Assembly: GCF_028641065.1 (NCBI RefSeq) | Contig: NC_073391.1 | Span: 39,184,001-39,248,000, forward strand | From: Leucoraja erinacea | Lineage: Eukaryota | DNA length: 64,000 nt | Direction of reading: 5' to 3' | In this document: positions 13,437-26,859 of the stretch, in pieces | How positions within the stretch are numbered: the stretch's first letter is position 1 | Layout of the letters: every line of letters begins with the position of its first letter | Position numbers and translations under genes: made by a program | Notes under the pieces: generated by a model | The model's input: the letters and a program-made list of their open reading frames with translations, nothing else | Databases searched by the model: none | Told to the model about the DNA's origin: nothing

Positions 13437-13990
13437 GATGGCGCCCGTAATGGCCGCCTCGCCAGCAGTCTGTCTTGTCCCTTATCTGTTTTTATTATTT
13501 TAGGTATGTCTTGAATGTTTGTTTTAATGTCTCTTGGTATGTATTACGTGGGGGGTGCATGGGGGGGACTTACCATCGCGGAGCCTGGGATCTTTTGCCG
13601 AGGATCGCCCGTGTTGGAGCTCTGACTGTGGGGCCTGTGGACTTTAACACCCTGAAGCATGGTCTCCGGTAAGAAGCGGCCGACTTGGGAGCTCCATCTG
13701 TCCCAACGCCAGAGTTTCGATCACCCCGACGAAATGGCTTGAACAGCGGACTGTCGGCAACGGCCCCGTTCAAAGGCCCCGACCCCAGGTGAACAAAGGA
13801 GGAAGATGACTGAACTTTATTGTTTTCCATCACAGTGAGGAATGTTGATTCCACTGTGGTGGATGTTTATGTTAAACTTTATTTTATGTGCTGTGTATAT
13901 TTTTGCTTTTTACTTAGTATGGCTGTATGGTAACTCAAATTTCACTGCACCTTAATTGGTACATGTGACAATTAAATTGAATCTTAATAT
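13437..13990 (+). mobile_element. Non-autonomous retroposon with a Rex1-like 3' tail
   Basis: Starts GATGGCGCCC, CpG-rich body with no RT-like coding. Ends TTCACTGCACC...GTACATGTGACAAT.AAA, like the Rex1 tails at 25540-25575(-) and 58500-58530. Confidence 0.55.
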
Positions 13991-15043
13991 CTAAGATTTT
14001 TGCAATCCTATTCAAAATTTGTTTCCCAAAACAATGACTATGAATGCAACACCACTGAATGTCATACACAGTCAATGAGGAAATACTGAACCTTCTGCAA
14101 TTTCATGTCATCTTGGATTATAAGGAAGCTACAGCAAAGAAATCCCAGGTTTAACTGAAAGCAAGAACCAAGTTGCACTTCTTGGGAAAGCTGTCCAACC
14201 ACTACTCCTCAGCATAGAGGGTTATGGATCACATGCACGCAAAATAGAGTAGTTTACCTTGGCATCGTGTTCGATACAGACATTGTGGGCCGCACTGTGC
14301 TGTTTCATGTTCTACTGTATATTAAATAGATGTAGCATTTCACCGTGTGTGATAATGCTCCCTCAATCCTATGAGGTACCCTCAAAGGAGTGAAAAAGTG
14401 ACAAAAATGAGCAGGAACAAAACTGCTGACCAAAGGGTTGGGTGGTTTAATCGGACTGGTGAGCGTGCCTAAGACGAACTAAAATCCTGCATCCTCCCAT
14501 TTCACTGAGAGACAAAATTGACAGCAAAAAGGTGGAAATTATAGGAAATTTGGAATATGGTGTCATTACAGCAGCTTCATTGTTAATCTCCCAAGCCCTA
14601 CCACATGAAAGATGCAACTACAAAGGAACCAATTCCACCAGATCCTACGTTGTCCACTTTCCACTGTCATGCGAACAAAAGTTATGGTTGTTATGGGAGT
14701 GAAAGTTACAGCCCAGATGGTCTGTTAACAGCAGTCTTGAGTAATGCATTTATTATATTCATCAATAAGTGTAATGACACCTTGATGGAGCAATTGTTAC
14801 CTGAATTGGCTTTTAACATAGGCAACGAGACAAACTTGATAAAATTATCATAAGCACGAACTCAAACGTGAAATAGGCTAACTGGAAATTATAATTCTTG
14901 TATATAGATTTTGCCGGCTACTTTGTTCAACCTTTATTGCTAGTGATTTGCATCACAAACTATTACAGTACATGATGTCACCTTTGGACTTTAGGCTTCT
15001 TTTGTGCTTTACATGGAATCAATGGCCTCTTCCTCGTATTGTC

Positions 15044-15337
15044 TAATTTAGTTTAGAGATACAGCATGGAAACAGGCCCTTTGGTCCATCGAGTCCACGC
15101 CGACCAGCGATCCCCACACACTTACAATATTCTACACACACTAGGGCCAATTTACAATTACACTAAGCCAATTAACCTACAAACCTGAATCTCTTTGGAA
15201 TGTGGGAGGAAACCGAAGATCTCAGAGAAAACCCACGCAGGTCACGGGAAGAACGTGCAAGCACCCATAGTCAGGATCGAACCTGGGTCTCTGGCACTAT
15301 AAGACAGCAATTCTACCGCTACGCCACTGTGCCGTCC
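15044..15337 (-). mobile_element. V-SINE (HE1-like)
   Basis: Full head, V-domain and tail on the minus strand. Confidence 0.85.
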
Positions 15338-15583
15338 TTGCCTTTGATTGGTTCATTCATTTTTCCTCGTTCATTTGCTCCATATTGTCCTATTGCTCAA
15401 GGGATAGTTCTGTTTCTTGATCCTTTTGATACCTTTGGAGTACACTGTACTACTGTACATACATAAGCAGACATCTGACTTTCACCAAAACAAATTTAGA
15501 AACACTTAGTAAAACAACTCTAATCTATGAAACATTAAATAAACATTGTGGCTTTAACTCATGAAACTAGATACATATTTTCA

Positions 15584-15814
<231 letters not shown>

Positions 15815-15900
15815 TCAAAGTATTAATGACATGATTACGTGGCTCAGAATAATTTAGTCACCAGGGATTAGCAAGATATTTCCAGATCCCAATTCAAGCA

Positions 15901-16103
15901 ATAAAAATTAACTGCAGATGCTGGGTTAAATCAAAGCGGGACAGAAAATTTTGGAGTAACTCAGCGGGTCAGGCAGCATCTCTGGAGAACATGGATAGGT
16001 GACGTTTTGGGTCAGGACTAAAGAAGGGTCCCAACCCGAATCGTCATTTTCTTCAAAGATGCTGCCTGACCCGCTGAGTTACTTCAGCACTTTGTGTCTA
16101 TCT
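15901..16103. mobile_element. Penelope-derived inverted pLTR insert with 14-bp TSD
   Basis: TSD TCCCAATTCAAGCA at 15887-15900 and 16104-16117. Confidence 0.75.
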
Positions 16104-16675
16104 TCCCAATTCAAGCATTTGTCAGCCATCTTGCAAACACATTAACCATTTTCCATAGTCAAAAGCCTTTTTTCCCCAGATATTCAGCCAAAAAACATTA
16201 AATTTATTTTATCTTGTACTCGGCTTCCATTTATGATACGAGAAGGACATTCAGCCCATTGGGTCCCTGCTAACACCCAGGGAACCAATCCTATGAATCC
16301 CATTCTCATCGCCTTATTTCTTTGCATCCCTGCGACAGCCTTTACACAGCTGCCCATCAACTCCTCTTTTAACTTTTTTGCCATTAACTAAATTTAAGGG
16401 AATATTTATGATATTGAATTAACCTATCAGCAAGTTTCAGGGATAAGGGAGGAATTTGCATGACTTGGAGGAGAACGATGCTGTCATGATTTAACCCTCA
16501 TGATTTAATCCTGTGAGCTGCAATGTAGCAGCATTAACCACTGCTTCACTAATCTGCCCAAATCCTCCTCCAGTCAACCAGCCAGGAGTACTGGAACACG
16601 AACATGAACACAAACACACGGATAACATTTTTAAACTTGAAAGCTGAGGCAGCTCAGAGTCATGTCGTTGCAAAG

Positions 16676-16965
16676 GAGGAATAAAGGGGAGGCCATTTAA
16701 GACTGAGGTGAGAAAAAACGTTTTCACCCAGAGAGTTGTGAATTTGTGGAATTCCTTGCCACAGAGGGCAATGGAGGCCAAATCACTTTATGGATTTAAG
16801 AGAGAGTTATATAGAGCTCTAGGGGCTAGTGGAATCAAGGGATATGGGGAGAAGGCAGGCACAGGTTATTGATTGGGGACGGTCAGCCATGATCACAATG
16901 AATGGCGGTGCTTGCTCGAAGGGCCAAATGGCCTCCACCTATTTTCTATGTTTCTACGTTTCTAG
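16676..16965 (+). mobile_element. CR1 LINE 3' fragment
   Basis: Nearly identical to the 3' end of the 3825-6977 element; TATGTTTC tail. Confidence 0.85.
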
Positions 16966-18427
16966 GAAGAACAAAGCTTTAGTCATCAAGTAGATTTGAT
17001 TATAAGCTTTTTTAGAATAATACAAGATGGAATTGTAGCAACAGTCTGGGACTTAATCAGACAGTGTCTAGGACAGTAATGAAGTCATTGGGTAAGGAAA
17101 GCGATTTATTATGGCAGGTATCATGGAAGAAATTTGCCAAAGCTGTGATACAGCAGGTAATGCAGCTGTCCCCCAGCTCTAGCAAATTGGGTTTGATCTT
17201 GACATCCGATGGTGTCTGTGGCGAATTTGCACAAACTTGCCACATCCCTGTGACTGAGGATTTCCCCAGATGCTCCATTACTCTCTTGGATACCAAAGAT
17301 GAGCTGATTAAGTTATTCTTGCAAGTGACTAATGGGGGAAATGAAAGGCTACTAGGAGAATTGATAGGGGAAATTGATGGGTATTCAAAGCAGAATAAGT
17401 TAAGCAGAAATAAGTGGGGGAAAGGGGTCACTCTGAGGAATGGCATAAACCTGGTGGGTTAAATAACCCTCTCCTATTGTATAAGGATATAAATATTGCA
17501 ATATTGGCCAGCAGTTGTGCCACATTCATCTTCACTGGAAGGCTTAACGGGTTATTTAGGCTTAATAACCAAAACCACTGTGCGCGCGGCTATGTGCGTC
17601 TAACATAACCATTAGGTTGTACCAGAATCTCCCAGCTAGTGTTTTACAGAGTCCATTCACATCAAATTATGAAAATTCTTTCATGATGAAGACTATTCAT
17701 CCTACTCTAATTTATCCAATCAGAAGTGTCAGAAAATGTTTGCATTCAGTACTCTGACGGGAAATCTATTCAGAGTATTAATTCCTCTTTAATAGCAGTT
17801 TTCAAGTTTGAAAATGTTTGCTGTCACAGAATTGTTGGGGAAGGAGTTCCAGGATTTAGAGCCAATGATGATAAAGGAACAACAGTGTTTTTACAAGTCA
17901 GGATGATATATGACTGAGAAAAACCATTGGAAGTGGTATTCTCACAAATAATGCTGGTGACTGCAAAGAAAAGCTTAGATACACTCACAGGTTGTCACCT
18001 ACTCATACTTGCTTCCCCTAATATATGATGCTTCTCTGTTTTTCACCTTGAGAATTGTATCCATTTTTAACTTTTACCCCGTGACTTCAAAAAGTTTTGA
18101 TATTAGCCAACAATATTTCTTATGGGCAACCACAATACCTTCTCCATCAAGTGTTAATACATGCCATAACATTTATTTCAGTTCACCCGGGATGAAAAAG
18201 TCACAGTAAGCGAGTCAGTGAAAGATGCTGGTAAGGTTGAAGCAAGTTTAATTTGGAAGAGGCATGAACATGCTATCTTCTCGGTATGCTTGGATTTACA
18301 GAGATGGGGCTTACATACAGGTCAGGATCTGTTGGAATTTAAGAAAGGGACATCATATATTTGGAAGGAGAATGCACAGTTGTGAGTGAACAAGCCGTTA
18401 GAAGAGTTGGTGTCTGCGAAGTGTGGT

Positions 18428-18815
18428 AAACATAGAAAATAGGTGCAGGAGTAGGCCATTGAGCCCTTTGAGCCAGCACCACTATTCAATATGATCATCA
18501 CTGATCATCGAAAATCAGTACCCCGTTCCTGCTTTCCCCCCCCATAACCTTTGATTCCATTAGCCCAAAGAGCTAAATCTAACTCTCTCTTGAAAACATC
18601 CAGTGAATTGGCCTCCACTGCCTTCTGTGGCAGAGAATTCCACAAATTCACAACTGGTTGAAAAAGCTTTTCCTCATCTGAGTCCTAAATGGCCTACCCC
18701 TTATTCCTAAACTGTGACCCCTGGTTCTGGACTCCACCAACATCGGGAAAAATTTTCCTGCATTTAGCCTGTCCAATCCCTTAAGAATTGTATATGTTCT
18801 ATAAGATTCTATAAG
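18428..18815 (-). mobile_element. CR1 LINE 3' fragment
   Basis: AAACATAGAAAATAGGTGCAGGAGTAGGCC tail and RT C-terminal remnant. Confidence 0.85.
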
Positions 18816-19494
18816 GTAAAATACTTTCTATAAGATAAAAGTAGATACAAGGAACATACAAACACGGCAGTGGGGGCAAATTATTTAATCCCTAGGGCCT
18901 GTTCCATCTTTCAATGAGATCATGGGTGATGTGACTCAATCATTTACCTATCCTTACCCTACATTTCCTGATATCATCAGTGATCGAAAAATCTCCTCAG
19001 ATTTAAAGTTGTCAACATTAACCAATATTAAGTGCCATTTTTCAATTTTCTAGAACCTGTTCATATGTTTCCAAACTTCACTATTAAAAGGCATTCATCC
19101 AAACTTTAGATCAGCCTGATGTTTGATAGACGATCCAGGTAATGGGAAACCCCCCTTAAATCTCAATAGCTCGAAGCTCTCAATTACCCCTTATCAATAT
19201 ACATATCAAGAACTTCTTTTTACAATCTCTCTTAGGCTGTGGGCCGAGCATCAAAAATGTGTCTAGAAATCAGTTTTCGTGACTCAAGTCACCAAACTAC
19301 ATTAAATTTTCCACAGATTTAGATGAAATATAATTGAGAAGGAAGTCATAACTCGTCATTGCCGAAAGTTGCACATTAATTAATTAAACTAATTAGAAAA
19401 TGAGATCGGGAAAGTAAGCGCCATCTAGTGGCCAATGCCCATATTACATGATGGGCAGCCTATTTCCGTGTTGCAGTCCATTTAAACTATATAT

Positions 19495-19630
19495 CATTAC
19501 ACCTATATATATTCCAGATAGTAATATAGGTATAATAATATTATATATTATTATACCTATATTCCAGATAGTAATATAGATATAATATAATATATTATTA
19601 TACCTATATATATTACAGATAGATATATTT
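19495..19630. repeat. AT-rich tandem repeat (TATACCTATATTCCAGATAGTAATATAG units)
   Basis: About three imperfect copies visible directly. Confidence 0.75.
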
Positions 19631-19931
19631 CCCCGTTTTCCTGGAAACGGCCGCTACGGACGGCGCTACGGACAGCACTATACACCACACCCCCCACCCG
19701 CGGAGAAGATCCGTGGCTCCGCGTTCACGAATCGACCGCTTTTTAATTGTGACCACGGCTTCACTATGTTAAATACATAGGCCCCGCGATCGGAGCACCT
19801 TTTCCCAGTAAGTTATCGCAGGCAGCGCCGAGATTAGATGATTAAGACTTATTACTCTACAACAAGCTGGCATTAGTGAAAATGTTTAATTTACCTTGTT
19901 ATTGATACATACAGTTTAGGCCCTCAACTTC

Positions 19932-20041
19932 ATGAATGAATGAATAAGTGAGTGAATGAATGCATGAGTGAGTGAGTGAGTGAGTGATGAATGAGTGAGT
20001 GAATACGTGAGTGAGTACGTGAGTGAGTGAGTGAGTGAATG
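19932..20041. repeat. (GAAT/GAGT)n microsatellite
   Basis: Directly visible. Confidence 0.9.
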
Positions 20042-21409
20042 TACAGCCTCCAAATCTCATTTTTTCACATTATAAAGGATGCAATTAAATTAATTGAAGT
20101 CCATCCAGATTAATTTTCATAAATTCAGACTTTAGATTACCTTTGAGTTTGATTTGATTCACAAAGTTTCACAACTGTATCTCAGTAGGGACTTTGCTTT
20201 CAAGACTTTCTTCCACTTCTATCCACTTAGCTGCACATTTTTCAGACTTCTTAATGCTTTTCTCACTAAATTCAATTACCCTGCTGCAAGTTTCCACGAC
20301 AAAGAACCTTCATCGGAATCTCCAGTAAAACAGGCATCAGTGAAGCCCTCTCAGCTATGATGTGAGCTAGCCTGAAACAAAGCGCGTGATTGGCCAACAG
20401 GCAGACAACTCAATGTTAAACGTGCTTTGATTGGACTAAAAATACCCAACATTTTTTCCGGTTTTTCCCTAATTTAATAAAAATGTGTAAGTCTTGTTCA
20501 TGACGAGTTTCAGGGGTGATTTATATAATTTTTTTACACAATAGGTGAAAATTTCATGTAGTTCTGTGACTTGGGTCACGAAACACTGGAATAAAGCTCC
20601 TCGACCCACAGCCTATCTCTCCAGGGTAGGCCTTGCAGAGTATTATTCTGGTACATCCACATTGCACGGTTTCCAAGGTTAGTATATCCTTTTAATATGT
20701 GCTGGGATCAGGAAATTGTAGGTCACGAGGTTGGAAATGTCATTACTTAATAAAAACACAAAAAGAATTTATATAGTCACAAAAAAAGTTCCCGAATAAT
20801 GTGATCAGCACATAAGCTTAAAAAAACGTCAATTATCACGATGCAATATTACTGGAATAGCTAACATTACTGCTCATTATTAATCACCTTTGAAAACATG
20901 ATGGAGAACAGTCTTCTTTATCCATCACTACGGTCTTTGTGATAAACCTATCTATCGTGTTAGATAGGGAGATCCAGAACATTGAATCAACAATGATATG
21001 TCATGGGCCAAAACTCAATATAATTCAAAATGTTCAATATACATCAACTATAAATTATAAACCTAACTAGATTTGTTATTTCATTGACTTCAGGTAGGCT
21101 TCATTGCAGGTGACAGATTTATCACCAGTTGTTCGGCTCTGTCAAATAAGAATTATATTCCCACATTAAATTTATATCCCTCATGGATAGCTAAATCGAT
21201 TAAAACAGGCATCACGAGCTTAACCACATAGGCTTCTGCTGTTTCTTGCTTTGAGATCCAGGTATATTTTGCAGCATGAATTCTGGATAACAGAGCTTCA
21301 GCTATATACTTATTACTGTACATTAGAAATACATTACTTAAAATAAGTGAAAAAAGTCTTGGTTGATTATTCATTTGACAGCAACTAGTTTATCTGGAGG
21401 GATAACTAA

Positions 21410-22955
21410 GAATATAAGAAATAAAAGTTGGAAAAGGACATTAGTCTCCTTATGCCGGCTCCATCAATATTATGACTGCTTTTACCACAGCACCATTTTC
21501 CTGCATTAACCTCATATCTCGTAATATCTAAAGGTTTATCGATCTTTTTTGAATTACAAAGATTCACTAACTCATGGAAGAAATTTCCTCTCATCTTTGA
21601 GATAACTTGTGACGGGTGGGCCCTGGTTCTAGGCATCATTGCCAAGCTAAATATAATCCTTAAATGTATCTTGTCAAATCTCTTTTGTACATTTCAATGT
21701 GATCACCTTTTATTCTATTAAATTTGAGAATTTAATTTCATTTAAACCAGCCTGCTTAATTTACCCTATGACAAATCCACCATGACGAGATTCAACGTGG
21801 TCAATCTTTACTCCACTCCCTCAATCGAAAACATCCGTTTTCTAGAAGGGAGATCAGATATATTTACAATATTCCAGATGCTGTCTCAGCAAGCTTCAGG
21901 ATAATTGAGAACACTTGAACTCCTCTTGCAAGCAAGGCCAACACACCACCTGCCTTCTTAATTGCTTGCTGTGTCAGCTTGTTAACTTCTGTGATTTGTG
22001 AACAAGGACATCCAGTCCTTCTGAATCCCAATACTTTACAAGCTCTCATCTTTTAAAGAAATTCTCTGCTTCAATGTCTCTACTAAAGTAGACGACATCA
22101 CATTCTTCCACATTATATTCCATCTGCCATGCGCTTCCCCTTTCATTTAATCCGTCTACATCTCCCTGAAACTTTTCTGCATCCTTCTTTCAGCCTCTAC
22201 TACCATCACCTTTCCATCAACTCAGACTAAAATATATTATAAGTGATTGCCTCATCTAAATAATTTAAGTAGATTGCAGACATCTGGGGCCCGAGCAGCA
22301 TTCCCCACCACATCACAGTAACCACAACTTCCCAATCCCAAAACTGAGGAATCAAGTCCTACTTTCTGTTTTCTATCCATTAACCAATTCCCAATCCACA
22401 TAGGTATCTTACTCTCAATTACTGTACAATCAAGTTTCACAATTACTTGATTTGCATCATCTATCAATGTTCCCAATGTTGGGTGAGTCCAGAACCAGGG
22501 GCCACAGTCTTAGAATAAAGGGGAGGTCATTTAAGACTGAGGTGAGAAAAAACATTTTCACCCAGAGAGTTGTGAATTTATGGAATTCCCTGCCACAGAG
22601 GGCAATGGAGGCCAAGTCACTGGATGGATTTAAGAGCATTAGATAGAGCTCTAGGGGCTAGTGGAATCCAGGGATATGGGGAGAAGGCAGGCACGGGTTA
22701 TTGATAGGGGATGATCAGCCATGGTCATAATGAATGGTGGTGCTGGCTCTAAGGGCCAAATGGCCTCCTCCTGCACCTATTTTCTACGTTTCTAAAGACT
22801 GTCTGAAAATCTATGTATATTATGCCCATTATTTCATCCTTATCCATTCTGCAGTTTAAACCTCAAAAAAATCCAATAGATCTGTCAAATACAATCGCTC
22901 TTTCATAAAACCATACTGACCTCTTCCCAATTCTATTATTGTTTCTAAGTATCGT
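21410..22955 (-). mobile_element. Old CR1 LINE fragment interrupted by a younger plus-strand CR1 3' end at ~22466-22795
   Basis: WIGNWLMDRKQKVG in ORF 22252..22476(-); RVVNLWNSLP in ORF 22452..22646(+). Confidence 0.75.
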
Positions 22956-22959
22956 TTAG

Positions 22960-23485
22960 GATTTGATATCATGTGATCCCAAAACATTCTGTCCCTGAAC
23001 AATGCCAAAACAGTACATGATAGCACTAATGTTTTTTTTGCACCTCCTTACTCACAATTGTCCTGCGGTGGTTTGTGTCAAGTTTCGTTCAGATTGATGT
23101 TATATTTTACAAGTTATTAACATTTTCAAATTTACATAACCCCAATTTGAGAAAAAAATGTCTTCCCTGTGCGTACAGCTATGACATCACAATGGGATTG
23201 TAGCCCTACTCACAACAAAGTTGCTATCCCAGTACACCGAGTTCTGCCAGCTAGCAAGTGCAATTGCATTGTTTTTTAAAACAAAATGAGGGAAGGCGAA
23301 TAAAGGCGAAATGATCCGCAGTTGTGAGCTATGGGGAGTGGTGGAATATTGCATTGGGGAACGGGTTGCGTTGGGGGACCAGGCCTCCCTTGGGGGCTAT
23401 GGGTGAGTGGTCGAATATTGCGTTGGGGGAAACGGGCTGAGGTGGGAGACCAGACCTACTGTGTGACAGGGACCCTTTGGTCTAG
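22960..23485 (+). mobile_element. Non-autonomous Helitron, 5'-truncated copy
   Basis: Shares blocks (TCAAGTTTCGTTCAGATTGATG..., GAGTGGTGGAATATTGC) with 41288-41875 and ends GGTCTAG|T. Confidence 0.65.
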
Positions 23486-23744
23486 TTTTCTTTAGAACTC
23501 AGCAAATTGGATTTCTACAAGCGTGCTTCAAAACAACATATTCAGTTCCAGAATGAAGAGATTTTATACCCAATCTATAGGGCAAATTTCTAATCAAAAG
23601 AACAAAAACAAAGACTAAATCTGCAAATATAAACTTATTAGGGAATTATTCCTTCAAATCACTGAGCATTTGCAAGTTTTGAGTTCATTTTTAAATCAAG
23701 AAGCTTTGTTAGAAACAATGCCAGTAACATACTTGCAAGGGTTT

Positions 23745-24512
23745 ATCTTGTATGCAAGGTATTTGACAAGATCCCTGTATGGCAGGCTTGCCCAGAAGGA
23801 TAAAGCATATGGAATCCATGGAGAGCTTGCAAATTGGATCCAAAATTGGCTTAGTGAGAGAACGCAGAAGGTCATGGAGGATGGCAATAAAGTTTGAATC
23901 TGAATCTGAAGGATGCGTTTCTGATTGGAAGTCTGTGACCAGTAGTGTGTGACCCTTGGTTGTTTATGGTATAATGACTTGGATATAAATGTTACAGGTA
24001 TGGTTGGTAAGATTGCTGATGATGGTGTTGAGGATGGCGAGGAAGGTTATCCAAGAATATATCAAGATGTAGATCAGTTGGAAAGTTGGACAGAGTGTTG
24101 GCGGACATAATTTAATCCCGATAAGTGCCAAGGCAATGCATTTTGGGAAATGAAATAGGGGTACGACATATATACTTTAAATCAGGGGTTGGCATAGGAG
24201 CCAGGACTCATGTCTGTGAGTGGATGGTGGGCCACATCTATCGCCATAGTTAATAAATAATCAATAATAGTTTAAAAAAATCGCAACAAAAACGTCACAA
24301 AAAGATAATTACCCCCGCGCCAAACTACTGTGCAAGTGCAACACTGTGGCCGGAGTGGAATTCCACACCGCCCCCCGCAAATGCTTCACTTTACTTCTGC
24401 CCGTCCGCTGCAGGGCTCCAGAGGAAACCTCTCAGCCCGCTTCAGTTTCACAGATGCCGCGGCACAGATGTTGGGGGGCGCTTTCACTCCAGGTGGTCGG
24501 GAGGGTGGAAGG

Positions 24513-24550
<38 letters not shown>

Positions 24551-25290
24551 AGGGACAAAGAGAGACAGTGAATCGACAGGTGTTGTGATATGAAATTGGG
24601 CTCTATGTGTGTAAGAACTACTCTCGGATAAGTGTTGTGTGCGTTTTGTGTTACGCCTGCGGGTCGGATGATTTTGGGTTGCGGGCCGGATCCTTCGTAT
24701 TATAGAGTCTGCAGGATGTTGCCTGGATTGGTGGACTTTAATTATCGGGGGGGGAGATTGAGTAGGCTGGGCTTGTTTACCTTGGAACGAAAGAGGAGGA
24801 AGTATACCCTGACAGAGGTATATACAATTCCAAGAGGCATAGACAGGGTAGATAATCAGAATCATTTCCCCACAGTAAGAGTACCAAAAACATGAGGATC
24901 TAACTTTCCAGACCAGCTTACCATATAGTAAGTATCTTGTCAAAGGCCATGCTAAGGTTCATGTCTTTTGATCCATGGTAAAAACAGATGAGAAATACTG
25001 ATATAATGCCTTGTCTGCTCCAAATATAGATGACCTCATTAAGGAAGAAGAGGGAATTTTAAAGGTGATTTGAGAGGAAAGTTTTGTTTTACATAGAGAC
25101 TGGTTATTATGTAGAATTCGCTGTCAAAGGAATGCGTAGATTCAAATATAGTCACTATTTTAAAGTTTTTTTTAGACAGGCACTTAAACAGATAATAACA
25201 TGGATTAATGCAGGCAAATGGGATTAGGAATGATGGGTTAAATGGCCAAGAAGGACATGGTGAGGTACAGGGCCGTTCCTGTGCTGGTCC
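23745..25290 (+). mobile_element. Old CR1 LINE RT fragment (interrupted by a hAT MITE)
   Basis: GIHGELANWIQNWL motif, KIADD, LGLFTLE, CR1 3' end. Confidence 0.75.
24183..24693. mobile_element. hAT (Charlie-like) MITE, right end truncated; contains a ~35-nt poly-G run
   Basis: Starts CAGGGGTTGGCA after CTTTAAAT, has subterminal GCGGGCCGGATCC motifs, and interrupts CR1. Confidence 0.55.
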
Positions 25291-25529
25291 ACTCCATGAC
25301 TATATAAAGACTATTTATAAATAGACAGTACTGCTTTGCTTTAATGAGGGATTTGACAGTGCCTGTTAATGCCCAGAGAACAAAGTCCTCTGACGTCAGT
25401 GTGAAAATAAATCGTATGGTCTCTCCTTTTAGCTTGCATATGACGTGTGGTGTAACTGAAATGAAATTAAAAAAATACAGCAATGAAAATATGGAGGCCT
25501 ATACAATGTCTCTGAATCTGCGACTTGTT

Positions 25530-26858
25530 TAGTCCAGTTTACTATTGTCACGTGTACCAAGGTAGTGAAAAACATTTGTTTGCGTGCTATCTGGTCAAAG
25601 AAAAGACTAGACATGATTACAATCAAGCTGTCTACAGTACACAGATAAAGGATAAAGGGTGTATCATTTAATGCATAATAAAGTCCGATAAAAGATAGTC
25701 CATCGGTTAGTGGCCTGATAACAGCTGGGAAGAAACCGTCCCTGAATCTGGAGGTGTGGAGTTTCAAGCTTCTGCACCTCTTGCTTGGTGGGAAAAGGGA
25801 GAAAAGGAGAATCACCAGGGTGAGAATGGTTCTTGATTATGCTGGTGGGCTTGCCGAGGCAGCGTGAAGTGTAGACGAATCAATGGAAGGGAGGTTGGTT
25901 TGCGTGATGGTCTGGGCTACATCCACAACTCTGCAATTTCTGCCGGTCTTGGACGAAGCTGTTCCCAAACCAGGCTGTGATGCATCCCAAAAAAATGCTT
26001 TCTAGGACGCATCTGCAGATGTTGGTGAGGGTTGTTGGGGACACGTTGAGCTTCCTAAGCCTGCCAAGGGAGTAGAGGTGTTAGTGTGCTTTCATGGCCA
26101 TAGGTTCGATGTGGCTGGTCCATGACAAACTACTGGTGATATTTATTCCCAGGAAGTTGAAGTTTTCGACCATCTCTCCTTCGGCACCTTGCATACAACG
26201 GATGTGTACTGCTGCGCTTCATAAAGTCAATCATAATCTCTTACTGACATTGTCTTGCTGACATTGAGGGAGACGTTGTTGTCTTGGAACCAGGTTTAAA
26301 GGTCCTCAATCTACTTTCTGTACTCAGTCCTGTCATTATTTGATATACAGCCCACTTTGTTGGTGTTGTCTGCCAACTTGTAAATTGAGTTGGATTGGTA
26401 TTTGGCAGCATAGTCATGAGTGTATAAGGAGTATGGTAGGGGGCTGAGAATCCATCCTTGCGGGGTACTTTGCACTGGTATCGTGTAGAATGATCTGTCA
26501 CCTATCCTCACTGATTGTGGACTGTTGGTCAAGAAATCGAGGATCCAGTTGCAGAGTGGAATACTGACTCCAAGTTTCATGTGTTTGGTGATAAGTTTGG
26601 TTGGGATAATGGTATTGAAAGCAACAAGATAGTCAATCAATTGCAGGCTGACATACTGTAGGTGTCTTTCTTATCCAGGTGTTCCAGGGATGAGTTTTGG
26701 GTCAGGGAGATGGCATCATCCATGGATCTGCTGTGGCAGTAGGCAAACTGCAGTGGATCAAGAGTGTTTGGTCAGCTGGAGTTAATGTGCCATAAGCAGC
26801 CTCTCGAAGTACTTCATGATGGTGGATGTCAAGGCTACTGGATGGTAGTCATTCTCAG
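25530..26858 (-). mobile_element. Rex1/Babar-type LINE, RT and 3' end, decayed
   Basis: ORF 26311..26640(-) DY..AFNTIIP.KL...LCNWILDFLT..PQSVR, PQG.ILSP..YSLYTHD; LPPSKR.RSLKLHTSRFRDGFFP in ORF 25429..25815. Confidence 0.85.
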
Positions 26859-26859
26859 A

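Larger units (their letters stand above)
19233..20615. mobile_element. Non-autonomous DNA transposon with TAGGCTGTGGG termini (Academ-like, tentative)
   Basis: Left TAGGCTGTGGGCCGAG...TTTCGTGACTCAAGTCACCAAACTACATTAAATTTT; right reverse complement TAGGCTGTGGGTCGAG...TTTCGTGACCCAAGTCACAGAACTACATGAAATTTT. TCT (or TCTCT) on both flanks. Confidence 0.7.

Noticed and set aside
17057-17462. Overlapping ~130-aa ORFs on both strands
   Set aside because: They overlie a decayed V-SINE-like sequence; no recognisable domain or splice context.
24330-24943. Poly-Gly / poly-Pro ORFs
   Set aside because: Caused by a ~35-nt G homopolymer in a hAT MITE; the run length may be a sequencing error.
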